A DNA stretch of 64,000 nt from an uncultured beta proteobacterium (GTDB lineage Bacteria; Pseudomonadota; Gammaproteobacteria; Burkholderiales; Burkholderiaceae_C). Below, piece after piece: positions 1-9,470 of this stretch (positions within the stretch are counted from its first letter, which is position 1; every line of letters begins with the position of its first letter). Where the stretch lies: positions 81,757 through 145,756 of the forward strand of contig CAWGXZ010000007.1 of NCBI GenBank assembly GCA_963826695.1, given 5' to 3'. The position numbers were made by a program, and so were the translations under genes. A model generated the notes under the pieces. It ran no database searches. It was given only the letters and a program-made list of their open reading frames with translations, and had not been told where the DNA came from.

Positions 1-1200
1 TGCCGACCGGCCCGGCGGCTGCGCCGACGGTCGCACCCGTCAGCGCACCGCCTCCCGCGCCGAGGCCGGTGCCGAGATGATGATCGTCGAGATCGTCACC
101 ACGCTTCGGATTGATCACCTCGCCAGTGCCCTTGCCCGCCATTCCCCCTGCGACGGAGCCGGCGAGTGCGCCGGCGGCCATCCCGATGGGGCCGCCGACC
201 GCGCCGAGCACCGCACCGGTGGCCGCACCGCCCGCTGCACCGATACCGCTTGCCAGGTTGTGCTCCGGCAGGTTGTCGGTTGCTTTGGGGTTGACGACTT
301 CGGCCGCGCCCCTGCCGGCCAGCCCGCCGGTCGCCGCACCGATGGCCGCACCGGCGGCCGTTCCGACCGGGCCCGCGATCGAACCGATGGCCGCACCCGT
401 CAGTGCGCCCGCGCTCGCCCCGGTGCCCGCGCCGAGATTGTGTTCATCGAGATCGTCGCCGCGCTTGGGATTGACGACTTCAGCCGCACCCTTGGCCGCC
501 GTGCCGGCGGTCATGGCGCCGATCGCCGCACCCGCGGCCATGCCGATCGGTCCCGCCATCGACCCCACCGCGGCACCGGCCACCGCACCGGCGCTCGCAC
601 CCGTGCCAGCGGCCAGATTGTGGTCCGTCAGATCGTCGTCACGTTTCGGATTGACGACCTCTGCAGCGCCACGGGCCGCCGTACCGGCGGTCAGCGCGCC
701 GATCGCCGCACCGGCAGCCGCGCCCAAGGGGCCTGCCACCGAGCCGACTGCCGCCCCCGTGATCGCACCGGCGCCTGCGCCTGTACCGGTCGCCAGGTTG
801 TGGTCTGCCAGATCGTCCTCGCGCTTGGGATTGACGACTTCGGCCGCACCGCGCGCCGCCATGCCTGCAGCGACCGCACCGACCGCGGCACCTGCGGCCA
901 TGCCGATCGGACCGCCTACAGCACCGATGGCCGCACCGCTCACGGCACCGGCTGCAGCGCCGCCACCCGTTGCCAGGTTGTGATCGCCGAGATCCTCCCC
1001 CGGCTTGGAATTGACCACCTCGGCTGCGCCGCGGCCGGCCATGCCGCCTGCAGCAGCACCGATCGCTGCACCGACGGCCATGCCGACGGGACCGGCGACG
1101 GCGCCGACGCCGGCGCCAGCCAGTGCGCCGCCGCTCGCACCGATACCGGTCCCGAGCTTGTGCTCTTCGGGCGCGCCGCCCTGGGTCTCGTTCATGCCTT
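1..1200 (-). repeat. In-frame tandem repeat with an exact 180-bp (60-codon) period; at least 6 units, continuing past the left edge
   Basis: The landmark GGATTGA(C/T)(G/C)AC(C/T)TC recurs at about 103, 283, 463, 643, 823 and 1003, an exact 180-nt spacing. A degenerate unit follows near 1183. Confidence 0.8.
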
Positions 1201-1399
1201 CGGCGACCTCCTTGCCGGCGAGGCCGCCGGCAATGGCACCGACGATCGCGCCCGCAACCGTCCCCACCGGCCCGCCGATGGCAGTGCCGATCGCCGCGCC
1301 GGTCAGAGCGCCTCCGCTGGCACCGATGCCGGTCCCGACGGGGTGTGAGCCGGGCTCACCGGTAATCGGGTCCTTGTTTGTCGGATTGTTTTCGCTCAT
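1..1399 (-). CDS. Glycine-zipper tandem-repeat protein; start codon present, 3' end cut by the window edge
   Basis: Hand translation of the minus strand from ATG (complement of 1397..1399): MSENNPTNKDPITGEPGSHPVGTGIGASGGALTGAAIG... This frame stays open to position 1 and is absent from the ORF track because no stop lies in the window. G/C dominates third codon positions. Repeated units read AEVVNPKRxDDLxDHNLxxGxGAxAGAxxGAAxGSxAGPxGxAAGAAIG. Confidence 0.7.
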   Translation of the reverse strand, partial: MSENNPTNKDPITGEPGSHPVGTGIGASGGALTGAAIGTAIGGPVGTVAGAIVGAIAGGLAGKEVAEGMNETQGGAPEEHKLGTGIGASGGALAGAGVGAVAGPVGMAVGAAIGAAAGGMAGRGAAEVVNSKPGEDLGDHNLATGGGAAAGAVSGAAIGAVGGPIGMAAGAAVGAVAAGMAARGAAEVVNPKREDDLADHNLATGTGAGAGAITGAAVGSVAGPLGAAAGAAIGALTAGTAARGAAEVVNPKRDDDLTDHNLAAGTGASAGAVAGAAVGSMAGPIGMAAGAAIGAMTAGTAAKGAAEVVNPKRGDDLDEHNLGAGTGASAGALTGAAIGSIAGPVGTAAGAAIGAATGGLAGRGAAEVVNPKATDNLPEHNLASGIGAAGGAATGAVLGAVGGPIGMAAGALAGSVAGGMAGKGTGEVINPKRGDDLDDHHLGTGLGAGGGALTGATVGAAAGPVG

Positions 1400-1581
1400 T
1401 GGATGCTTCCTCGCTGTGTGAAAAGACTGGCTGGCACGGCACCATTGCCGGTGGCTCGACGCAATCGCGAGCTTGGCAGTCGGTGGCCCGGCAGGCCAGC
1501 AGCAGGAGGGGCAAAGCGGGAACCCGACGCGGTCGCAGCGTCGCTGCGATCGTGCGGCGCTCGGCGGCGTCGGACGTCGAC

Positions 1582-2412
1582 TCAGCCGGACCAGTCGACG
1601 AGGCCCGACCATGCCGTTGCCAGCACGACCACACCGAAAACGATGCGGTACCAGGCGAACGGCACGAAATCATGGCTGGCGATGTAGCGCAGCAGCCAGC
1701 GAACACAAAGCCAGGCGGCGATGAACGAGACGATCAGTCCAACGGCAAACAGCGGCACGTCGGCACTCGACAGCAGCGCACGGTCCTTGTAGAGGCTGTA
1801 GGCACCAGCGCCGATCAAGGTCGGAATCGCCAGGAAGAAGCTGAAGTCGGTGGCCGCCTTGCGGCTCATGCCGATCAGCATGCCGCCGATGATCGTGGCA
1901 CCCGAGCGGCTGGTGCCGGGCACCAGCGCCAGGCATTGCAGCAGGCCGACCTTCAGTGCGTCGAGCGGCGACATCGCGTCGACCTCGGCAACGCGTACCG
2001 CGCGCCCGGCACGCTGTCGGCGCTCGGCCCAGAGAATGACGAAGCCGCCCAGGATGAAGGTGCTGGCGACCACGACCGGCGTGAACAGATGCGCCTTGAC
2101 CGCCTTGCCGAACAGCAGCCCGAGCACGACGGCGGGCAGGAATCCGATCGCGACGTTGAGGACGAAGCGCCTCGCCCGCGGGCTGTTGCCGATGCCGGCA
2201 ACGGTCTCGCGCAGCCGCGCGGCATACACCAGCATCACCGCAAAGATGGCGCCGGTCTGGATCGCCACGTCGAAGACCTTGCTCTTTTCGTCGGTGAAGC
2301 CGAGCAGCGAGCCGGCGAGGATCAGATGGCCGGTGCTCGAGATCGGAAGGAACTCGGTCAAGCCTTCGACGATGCCCATGAGGGCGGCTTTGCCGAGCAA
2401 GATCCAATCCAA
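1582..2412 (-). CDS. uppP: Undecaprenyl-diphosphate phosphatase
   Basis: (M)[29 protein letters not shown]...[10 protein letters not shown] are UppP/BacA motifs. I chose the TTG start at 2412, preceded by GGGGAGAG. The 504-aa track ORF is an upstream extension. Length is 276 aa. Confidence 0.9.
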   Translation of the reverse strand: MDWILLGKAALMGIVEGLTEFLPISSTGHLILAGSLLGFTDEKSKVFDVAIQTGAIFAVMLVYAARLRETVAGIGNSPRARRFVLNVAIGFLPAVVLGLLFGKAVKAHLFTPVVVASTFILGGFVILWAERRQRAGRAVRVAEVDAMSPLDALKVGLLQCLALVPGTSRSGATIIGGMLIGMSRKAATDFSFFLAIPTLIGAGAYSLYKDRALLSSADVPLFAVGLIVSFIAAWLCVRWLLRYIASHDFVPFAWYRIVFGVVVLATAWSGLVDWSG

Positions 2413-2477
2413 AGCCGCTCTCCCCGCTGAAAAGAGGCGCGATGATACGGTCGCTATCGCGGCCGCCGGTTCGCCGG

Positions 2478-3038
2478 TCAGCGGCGGGTGGTAGGCACCA
2501 GTTCGACCGTGACGCCGACGCTGCCGACGCGCACCGAGCCCGGCGCATAGCCGCGGCGCGCGGCGGCACTCAGCTTGTCGGCCGGAAAGCGGTAGACGGC
2601 GACGTCGGCCAGCAACTGCTCGGCAAGCGCGCCGCCGATGGTCTCCAGCAGCGGCTGGGCCGAGCTCGCCAGCCCGTCGAACTGCACTTTCTGCACCTGC
2701 AGCTGGTCCAGGCGCACGCTCTGGTCGCTCGGCTCGTAGCGCAACTGGCTGTCGAATCCGACCACGCCGCGGTAGGTCCGGCGTGAGAGCCGGTCTTCGA
2801 CCCGCACGTCGAACTCGGCCGCGAGGCGCTTTGTCTCGGCAACGATCGCCAGCCTCGGCGCCTCGGCGCGCAGCTGCAAAATGCCGAGCAAGCGGCGCTC
2901 GAGGGGAAAGTGCGGCGCCATCGCCTTCAGAAGATCCGCAGGCGTCAGGACGATCTCGTGCGCACCGCCAACACCCAGGCAGCCGACTAGCAACAGGGCT
3001 GCGCCGGCCAGCCAGCAACGTCGATCGGCAGGCATCAT
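2478..3038 (-). CDS. DUF1439-like (YceB-type) lipoprotein
   Basis: [20 protein letters not shown] is a signal peptide with a lipobox. The remainder ([16 protein letters not shown]...VYRFPADKL) looks like the DUF1439 family. Trimmed from the 314-aa track ORF. Confidence 0.6.
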   Translation of the reverse strand: MMPADRRCWLAGAALLLVGCLGVGGAHEIVLTPADLLKAMAPHFPLERRLLGILQLRAEAPRLAIVAETKRLAAEFDVRVEDRLSRRTYRGVVGFDSQLRYEPSDQSVRLDQLQVQKVQFDGLASSAQPLLETIGGALAEQLLADVAVYRFPADKLSAAARRGYAPGSVRVGSVGVTVELVPTTRR

Positions 3039-3156
3039 GAGAGCCGATTCTAGGCAGCGCATCCGCAGCGTTCGAGTTGCCTCGGCAGTACTGCAAACAC
3101 CAGGCTGTTCGGCCGATCGCCCAATAAAATCAACCGTAGGCTTCGAGGTCCTTGCC

Positions 3157-3822
3157 ATGAACATGGAAAACGCCCGCTTCAACATGATCGAGCAGCAGAT
3201 CCGCCCCTGGGACGTGCTCGACCAGGATGTCCTGTCGCTACTGGCGCTTGTCAAACGCGAGGACTTCGTGCCACCGGCGTATGCCTCGCTGGCCTTTGTC
3301 GACACCGAGGTGCCTCTGCCCAGCCGGCACGGCGAGCAGTCGATGCTGGCGCCCAAGGTGGAGGCGCGGCTGCTGCAGGAGCTGGCAGTGCGCCGGCACG
3401 AGCGGGTGCTCGAGGTCGGCACCGGCTCGGGCTACATGGCCGCACTTCTGGGTTACCGGGCGCAGGAGGTGATCAGCTTCGAGTTGGACGAGGACCTGGC
3501 GGAATTCGCGCGTGGCAACCTGGAGCGTGCGGGTGCTGGCAACGTCCGTGTGGTCTGCGGCGACGGCTCCGGCGGCATGCCCGCGGAGGCGCCGTTCGAC
3601 GCCATCGTGCTGTCGGGTTCTGTCCCTGCAGTGCCGCCAGCGCTGCTGTCGCAGTTGCGTCCTGGCGGCCGCCTGGTGGCGATCGTCGGCGCCCTGCCGA
3701 TCATGCGGGCCCGCCTCTTTACCCGCAGCAGTGGCGGCGACGACTCCGGCAGCGTTGATCTGTTCGACACCGTGGCGCCACGGCTAAGTGGCTTTGCCGA
3801 GCCGAGTCGCTTCGTTTTTTGA
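3157..3822 (+). CDS. Protein-L-isoaspartate O-methyltransferase family protein
   Basis: MNMENARFNMIEQQIRPWDV...VLEVGTGSGYMAALL is a SAM-binding motif. It sits in the conserved methyltransferase-rhodanese-TolC arrangement. Confidence 0.8.
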   Translation: MNMENARFNMIEQQIRPWDVLDQDVLSLLALVKREDFVPPAYASLAFVDTEVPLPSRHGEQSMLAPKVEARLLQELAVRRHERVLEVGTGSGYMAALLGYRAQEVISFELDEDLAEFARGNLERAGAGNVRVVCGDGSGGMPAEAPFDAIVLSGSVPAVPPALLSQLRPGGRLVAIVGALPIMRARLFTRSSGGDDSGSVDLFDTVAPRLSGFAEPSRFVF

Positions 3823-4172
3823 TGCGCGAACTGCAGGTCGGCGAACTGGCAGCGCTGGCGGCGCAAGCGTCGGCCGACGGCAAGCCGCTCGTGCTGCTCG
3901 ATGTCCGCGAGGCCTGGGAACACGAGCTGGCAACCCTGCAGCTGCCGGATGCGAGGCTGCGCCACCTGCCGTTGTCCACGCTTGCGGTCGCGCCGGGCGA
4001 GATCGACCTGCTCGACCGGCTTCAGCGTGTCGTCTGTGTCTGCCACCATGGCGTGCGCAGCGCGCAAGTCGCCGCCTTTTTGCAACGCCGCGGTTTTGCC
4101 GACGTCTACAACCTGCACGGCGGTATCGACGCCTGGTCGATTGCAGTGGACCCCCGTGTCCCGCGCTACTGA
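3822..4172 (+). CDS. Rhodanese-domain sulfurtransferase
   Basis: LLDVREAWE...VCVCHHGVRS...GGIDAW is a rhodanese fold with an active-site Cys loop. The ATG shares one base with the upstream TGA (TGATG). Confidence 0.8.
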   Translation: MRELQVGELAALAAQASADGKPLVLLDVREAWEHELATLQLPDARLRHLPLSTLAVAPGEIDLLDRLQRVVCVCHHGVRSAQVAAFLQRRGFADVYNLHGGIDAWSIAVDPRVPRY

Positions 4173-4223
4173 CGCACCGGCTCGGCAGGCCGAACCGCCC
4201 TCCTTTTCATTCGAACGCCCATC

Positions 4224-5624
4224 ATGAAACCTTCTGTCGCACGCGCGTGCAAACCTTCAGACGCCGTTCGTGTCGGAGCGTCACGTCCGGTGGGCCTGCT
4301 TGCGCGCCGGAACGCGGCCCCGCTGTTCGCCGGTCTGCTGCTGGCGGGACTCGCCAACGCAGCGGTTGCGCAGAGCCTGCGCGAGCTCTACGACACCGCA
4401 CGCGCGCACGACCCGATCTATCTCGCCGCGCGCGCGCAGGCCGACGCCGCGCCCTTTCGCGCGGCACAAGCCGAGGCGTTGAAGCGCCCCAGCGCGGCAC
4501 TCGACGGCAATCTCACCAGCAGCACCTACGAGACCGGTGCGGGCACGACCCGCAGCGCCACCACCGCCGGCGCGACGGTGTCGGGCCGCCAGCCCATCTT
4601 CAACCGTGCCGATGACGCGACCGTCGGGCAGGCGCGCATCCAGCTCAACGCGGCGCGCTACGACCTCGAGATTGCCGAACAGGAGCTGATCCTGCGTCTG
4701 GCGCAGGCCTACTTCGACGTCCTCGCGGCCCAGGATGCGGTCACCACCGCGGGCGCGAACAAGGCGGGAATCTCCGAGCAGCTGGCGTCGGCACGACGCA
4801 ATTTCGAGGTCGGCACGGCGACCATCACCGATACGCGGGAGGCGCAGGCGCGTTTCGATCTGGCGAGTGCACAGGAAATCCTCGCGGTCAACGACTTGCG
4901 CACACGCCGTGTCGCGCTCGACCAGCTGGTGGGCCGCGAAAACGTCGAACCGCGGCCGCTTGCGACTCCTGCGATCCTGCCGCCGCTGCAGCCGGCCAGC
5001 ATCAACGACTGGGTCGCACGCGCCGACGCCGAACATCCGAACATCCGCCGCACCCAGCTGGCCGTCGAAGCGGCCCGGCTCGAGACCGAAAAGGCGTATG
5101 CCGGTCACCTGCCGACCGTCAGCGCGGTGGGCTCCGTGGGTGGCAACCACCAAACGGGCACGCTGTCGAGCTCGACCGCATCGAGCGGCAACAACCGCAA
5201 TGCGAGCGTCGGCCTGCAGGTCAGCCTGCCGTTGTTCTCAGGCTATGCCGTGCAAAACCGTGTCAAGGAGACCACCGTATTGCAGGTCAAGGCGCGCAAC
5301 GACCTCGAAGCGGCCCGCCGCGCTGCCATCCAAGGGACACGGCAGTCCTTTCTGGCGGTCGAATCGGGCCTCGCGCAGGTGCGGGCGCTCGAAGCCGCCG
5401 AAGCGTCGAGTCAGCTGGCGCTCGAGGCCACCCAGCTCGGCTACCGCGTCGGCGTCCGCGTCAACCTCGACGTGCTCAACGCCCAGACGCAGGTCTTCAC
5501 GACGCGGCGCGACCTGGCGCGGGCACGCTACGACGTTCTGCTGGCCGGGTTGCGGCTGCGCCAGGCGGCAGGCCGCGTCGAGCCGGGCGATCTGTCGGCG
5601 GTAAGCGGCCTGCTGGCGAAATAG
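4224..5624 (+). CDS. tolC: TolC-family outer-membrane efflux/type I secretion channel
   Basis: A signal peptide precedes SLRELYDTARAHDPIYLAARA, and there are two OEP repeats (NFEVGTATITDTREAQARF and GYRVGVRVNLDVLNAQ). Length is 466 aa. Confidence 0.85.
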   Translation: MKPSVARACKPSDAVRVGASRPVGLLARRNAAPLFAGLLLAGLANAAVAQSLRELYDTARAHDPIYLAARAQADAAPFRAAQAEALKRPSAALDGNLTSSTYETGAGTTRSATTAGATVSGRQPIFNRADDATVGQARIQLNAARYDLEIAEQELILRLAQAYFDVLAAQDAVTTAGANKAGISEQLASARRNFEVGTATITDTREAQARFDLASAQEILAVNDLRTRRVALDQLVGRENVEPRPLATPAILPPLQPASINDWVARADAEHPNIRRTQLAVEAARLETEKAYAGHLPTVSAVGSVGGNHQTGTLSSSTASSGNNRNASVGLQVSLPLFSGYAVQNRVKETTVLQVKARNDLEAARRAAIQGTRQSFLAVESGLAQVRALEAAEASSQLALEATQLGYRVGVRVNLDVLNAQTQVFTTRRDLARARYDVLLAGLRLRQAAGRVEPGDLSAVSGLLAK

Positions 5625-5667
5625 CCCGGACGCTGAACGCGCGCACAGCGCGTCTGCGCCGAATGCC

Positions 5668-6978
5668 TCAGGGTAGGTGGCGGACGACCTCGGCCGCGAT
5701 TCGCTTGGCGGCTCCCCGGTGCGCCGCGGCGAAGTCGAGCGCGCGCTCGGCAGCCCGGGCGCATTCGGCGCTGCCGATCAGATCGAGCGCGTGGTCGACC
5801 GCAGCCTGGACATCGGCGACGCGAAACGCGGCACCCGCATCGATGGCCTGCTCCGCCGCTTCGGCAAAGTTGTAGGTGTGCGGCCCCACCACCAGCGGGC
5901 AACCGCAAGCCGCCGCTTCGATCAGGTTCTGCCCGCCGAGTGGCGCGAAGCTGCCGCCGAGCAGCGCAATGTCGGCGACGGCGTAATACTGCGCCATTTC
6001 GCCGAGCGAATCGCCCAGCCAGTACGCCGCTGTGCGGGCGCCCTCGCCGGGCGCAGCGCTCCAGTCGCTACGGCGTGCCAGTGGCAGCCCGGTGGCCGCC
6101 AGCAGACGGGCGACTTCGTCGAAGCGCTGTGGATGGCGCGGCACGATCAACAGCAGCGGTGCGCCTGATCCGTATCGGCGGCGCGCCAGCGCCCCGCGCC
6201 AGGCATCGATCAGTGGCGCTTCCTCGCCGTCGCGGCTGCTCGCGGCCAGCACCACCGGCCGGCCGAGTTCGATGCGCCAGCGCTTTCCCTGGTCGAGTTG
6301 GAGCAGATTCGGCGTCATGTCGAACTTGAGGTTTCCGCAGACGACGACATCCCCTGCCCCGGCCAACCGCAGCCGCTGGGCGTCGGCGTTGGTCTGGGCC
6401 AGCGAAACGGCCAGGCGCGAGAAGGCCGGTTGCAGCAGCGCCGAGACACGCTGCCCCTTGCGCAGGCTCTTGTCGCTGAGGCGCGCATTGGCGAGCAGCA
6501 CCGGAACGCGCTGCTCGGCGGCCGCGCGCAGCAAGCGTGGCCAGACCTCGGTTTCCATCAGCACGCCGAGCGAGGGACGGAAGTGGCGCAGGAAGCGGCG
6601 CACGCATGCAGCGGTGTCGTAGGGCAGCCAGGCCTGGCAGTCGCCCGGCTGCAGCAGCGCGCGGCCGGCCTCGCGCCCGGTGGCCGTGCCGTGCGTGAGC
6701 AGCAGGCGCAGCCCGGGACGCTCGCTGCGCAGCGCCGCGATCAGCGCCGCGGCGGCGCGCGTCTCGCCCAGCGAGACCGCATGAATCCAGACCGCGCCGG
6801 GGTCCGCGGGCTGGGCGTAGTACCCGAAGCGCTCGCCCAGCGCGTATCGGTACCGCGGCTCGGCGCGGCCGCGCCGCCAGAGCCGCAGCACGTACAGCGG
6901 CAGCAGCAAGGCCAGCAGTGCCTGGTAGAGCGCATTCGCCAGGCGCTCCGACACGGCCACCTCGACACCTGTGCTCAC
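5668..6978 (-). CDS. waaA: 3-deoxy-D-manno-octulosonic acid (Kdo) transferase
   Basis: WIHAVSLGETRAAAALI...LLLTHGTATGRE is the KdtA signature. The GTG start overlaps the waaC stop (GTGA). Confidence 0.9.
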   Translation of the reverse strand: MSTGVEVAVSERLANALYQALLALLLPLYVLRLWRRGRAEPRYRYALGERFGYYAQPADPGAVWIHAVSLGETRAAAALIAALRSERPGLRLLLTHGTATGREAGRALLQPGDCQAWLPYDTAACVRRFLRHFRPSLGVLMETEVWPRLLRAAAEQRVPVLLANARLSDKSLRKGQRVSALLQPAFSRLAVSLAQTNADAQRLRLAGAGDVVVCGNLKFDMTPNLLQLDQGKRWRIELGRPVVLAASSRDGEEAPLIDAWRGALARRRYGSGAPLLLIVPRHPQRFDEVARLLAATGLPLARRSDWSAAPGEGARTAAYWLGDSLGEMAQYYAVADIALLGGSFAPLGGQNLIEAAACGCPLVVGPHTYNFAEAAEQAIDAGAAFRVADVQAAVDHALDLIGSAECARAAERALDFAAAHRGAAKRIAAEVVRHLP

Positions 6979-7955
6979 ACTGACTCGGGCCGCGCCCGAC
7001 AGGCTGCGCGCCAGGCGGCAATCACCGTCTCGACGCTCGGCGTGGGCTGGTCGACGACCGCAACCTGGTGAGGCGCACCCCCGGCGCGCGTCTGCGGCCC
7101 GGTGCGCCAGGCAGTCGGCAGGTTGTAGATCTGCACATGCGGCAGATCGAGCGCCACGGCCAGGTGACTGAGGCCGCTGTCGACGCCGATCACGCCCTGG
7201 CTCGATGCCATTGCATCGAGCAACTGGTCGAGCGGCATTTCCGGCCAGACGACGCCTTCCCTGCCGATCGACGCAGCGATCGCCTGCGCGCGCCGGTGCT
7301 CAATGTCACCGACCCGCGGCAGCGCAATCTGCACTCCTTCGGCAACGAGCAGCCGGCCGAGTGCGATCCAGTGGGCTTCCGGCCAGAGTTTGTCGTCGCG
7401 AGTCGTGCCGTGGACGAAGACGACTTTCGGCGCCGCGCCGGCGCCTGCCGGGCTGCGCAGCCGGTAGCACGGCGGCCCGACCGGCATCGCGCCCAGCGCC
7501 CGCCCGACCAACTCGCGCGAACGGTCGACTGCATGGCTGCGCGACTCGACGCGGATGGCCCGGTCGACCAGCCAGCGCGCCGGCCACTCATGGCTCGAGC
7601 CTTCGGTGCGGTTGGCCAACCCGTAGCGGGTTCCCTGCGCCAGCCGGGCGACCAGCGCCGACTTGGTCAAGCCCTGCAGGTCGATGACCGAGTCGTAGCG
7701 CTCACGGCCGAGCCGCCGGCGAAAGGCGCGCCATTCGGCACGCACCGATTGCCGCCACCAGGCCTTGCGCCAGCGGCGCAGCGAAATCTCGATGACCTGA
7801 TCGAGCCCGTCGACACGTCGCAGCAGCGGCGCGAAGGCCGACTCGACCACCCAGTCGATCGACGCGCCGGGGTGGATGCGCAGGATGTCGGCGACCGTCG
7901 GCATCGCATGGATCACGTCGCCGAGCGAAGACAGCTTGACGATCAGCACCCGCAT
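6975..7955 (-). CDS. waaC: Lipopolysaccharide heptosyltransferase I
   Basis: MRVLIVKLSSLGDVIHAMPTVADI...LRRWRKAWW are typical of WaaC (glycosyltransferase family 9). Confidence 0.85.
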   Translation of the reverse strand: MRVLIVKLSSLGDVIHAMPTVADILRIHPGASIDWVVESAFAPLLRRVDGLDQVIEISLRRWRKAWWRQSVRAEWRAFRRRLGRERYDSVIDLQGLTKSALVARLAQGTRYGLANRTEGSSHEWPARWLVDRAIRVESRSHAVDRSRELVGRALGAMPVGPPCYRLRSPAGAGAAPKVVFVHGTTRDDKLWPEAHWIALGRLLVAEGVQIALPRVGDIEHRRAQAIAASIGREGVVWPEMPLDQLLDAMASSQGVIGVDSGLSHLAVALDLPHVQIYNLPTAWRTGPQTRAGGAPHQVAVVDQPTPSVETVIAAWRAACRARPESV

Positions 7956-8009
7956 CGCGGCGCCTCCACGGGTGCACGCGCCGTCGCGCGGCCCGACGGT
8001 TCGGCCGGG

Positions 8010-9401
8010 TCAGTGCGCCGCAGCGGCAATCTCGGCGTCGGGCTTGACGGCACGCAACGCCGTCATGAAGTCGGCTTCGATGCGACGCAGCGCCTTCTCC
8101 GTCTGGCCCTCGAAGCGCATCACCAGCACCGGCGTGGTGTTCGACGAGCGGATCAGGCCGAAGCCGTCCTTGTATTCGGCGCGGATGCCGTCGATCGTGA
8201 TCAGCTCGAGCGCGCCAGGGAATTCGGCCTGCTCGCGCAATTGCTCGACCAGCCGCGCCGGCTCCCCTTCCTCGCAGGCCACGTTCAGCTCGGGCGTGCT
8301 GAAGCTCGTCGGCAGGGCGTCGAGCACCCGACTCGCATCCTTGCTGCGGCTGAGAATCTCGAGCAGCCGGGCCGCCGTGTAGGTGGCGTCGTCGAAGCCG
8401 TACCAGCGTTCGCCGAAGAAGATGTGGCCGCTCATCTCGCCCGCCAGCGGCGCACGCACCTTCTTCATCTGCGCCTTGATCAGCGAATGTCCGGTGCGCC
8501 ACATCAGCGGCCGGCCTCCGGCCTTGCGAATGGCCGGTGCCAGCCGCTGCGTGCACTTCACGTCGTAGATGATCGTCGCACGCGGATTGCGCTTGAGCAC
8601 GTCGGTCGCGAACAGCATCAGCTGCCGGTCGGGGTAGATGATGTTGCCGTTCTTCGTCACCACGCCGAGGCGGTCGCCGTCGCCGTCGAAGGCCAGACCG
8701 AGTTCGGCATCGGTCTCACGGACGGCGCGGATCAGGTCGGCGAGATTCTCGGGCTTGCTGGGATCCGGATGGTGGTTCGGGAAGTCACCGTCGACCTCCG
8801 AATACAGCTCGGTCACATCGCATCCCAAGGCGCGGAGAATGCCCGGTGCCGAAGCCCCTGGAATGCCGTTGCCCGAGTCGACGACGATCTTCATCGGCCG
8901 TTTCAGGCGGCAGTCGCCGGTGATGCGCTCGCTGTACTCGTCGAGGATGTTCATCGCCGCACTTCGGCCCGGCGCCTGGATGTAGTCCTCGGCCTCGATG
9001 CGCCGGCGCAGGCCCTGGATTTCCTCGCCGTAGATGGCGCGGCCGGCCAGAACCATCTTGAAGCCGTTGTAATCCTTCGGGTTGTGGCTGCCGGTCACCT
9101 GGATACCGCTGCGGCAGCCGCGCCGGCCGCGTGTCGCCGCAACGTAATAGAGCATCGGCGTCGTTACCGCGCCGAGGTCGACGACATCGAGACCCGTCGA
9201 CGCGAGCCCGCGGATCAGCGCCTTCACCAGCTTCGGACCCGAAAGGCGTCCGTCGCGGCCGACCGCGACGGCACGCTCGCCTGCAGCGACGGCCTCGCTG
9301 CCGAACGCGCGTCCGAGATGCTCGGCAACGCGCTCGCTGATCGTGCTGCCGACAATGCCCCGGATGTCGTAGGCCTTGAAGATGGTCGGGTTGACTCGCA
9401 T
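8010..9401 (-). CDS. Phosphomannomutase/phosphoglucomutase
   Basis: MRVNPTIFKAYDIRGIVG...TGSHNPKDYNGFK (active-site Ser loop)...FDGDGDRLGVV (Mg-binding loop). Length is 463 aa. Confidence 0.9.
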   Translation of the reverse strand: MRVNPTIFKAYDIRGIVGSTISERVAEHLGRAFGSEAVAAGERAVAVGRDGRLSGPKLVKALIRGLASTGLDVVDLGAVTTPMLYYVAATRGRRGCRSGIQVTGSHNPKDYNGFKMVLAGRAIYGEEIQGLRRRIEAEDYIQAPGRSAAMNILDEYSERITGDCRLKRPMKIVVDSGNGIPGASAPGILRALGCDVTELYSEVDGDFPNHHPDPSKPENLADLIRAVRETDAELGLAFDGDGDRLGVVTKNGNIIYPDRQLMLFATDVLKRNPRATIIYDVKCTQRLAPAIRKAGGRPLMWRTGHSLIKAQMKKVRAPLAGEMSGHIFFGERWYGFDDATYTAARLLEILSRSKDASRVLDALPTSFSTPELNVACEEGEPARLVEQLREQAEFPGALELITIDGIRAEYKDGFGLIRSSNTTPVLVMRFEGQTEKALRRIEADFMTALRAVKPDAEIAAAAH

Positions 9402-9470
9402 GGCGGCTCGGGCCCTGGAAATGAAGGTCGCCGATTGTAGGGAGCGCCCTGCCGCCGCCCGGGCCGGCTC

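Noticed and set aside
1-1200. Regular 180-bp periodicity considered as a possible CRISPR or satellite array
   Set aside because: There is no repeat/spacer alternation. The units are contiguous, diverged and in frame, so this is a coding tandem repeat.
77-1421. Plus-strand ORFs 77..1348 (423 aa), 111..983 (290 aa) and 1005..1421, with repetitive Arg/Ala/Pro-rich translations
   Set aside because: They are shadow frames of the minus-strand glycine-zipper repeat gene. Their periodicity merely mirrors the 180-bp repeat, their composition is not protein-like, and the minus frame has a proper ATG and a sensible N-terminus.
1432-1448. TGGCACGGCACCATTGC, which resembles a sigma-54 promoter
   Set aside because: The spacing between the TGGCAC and TTGC elements is 2 nt too long. 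It also points along the plus strand into the 3' end of the minus-strand uppP gene, with no gene to serve.
1582-3096. Track ORFs that fuse a real gene to upstream non-coding or neighbouring sequence: 1582..3096, 2478..3422, 2881..3822, 35950..37518, 38335..40101, 43961..46435 and 46933..49383
   Set aside because: Only the C-terminal parts match protein families. The N-terminal extensions overlap neighbouring genes or intergenic DNA, so I trimmed the starts to homology- and RBS-supported codons.
5625-5667. Short GC-rich dyad (ACGCGC-gcaca-GCGCGT) between the convergent tolC and waaA genes, considered as a bidirectional terminator
   Set aside because: The stem is short and has no flanking U-run on either strand, so I cannot support a terminator call.
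7068-9440. Very long ORFs antisense to or overlapping recognised genes: 7068..9440 (+), 14044..16449 (+), 17108..19264 (-), 19729..21594 (-), 22978..25113 (+), 24989..27019 (+), 27821..30319 (+), 29794..33069 (-), 45469..48468 (+), 46499..48688 (-) and 59523..62462 (-)
   Set aside because: These are typical GC-rich shadow ORFs. Their translations are Arg/Ala/Gly/Pro-rich with no recognisable motifs, and each lies opposite or out of frame with a gene that has strong family signatures.
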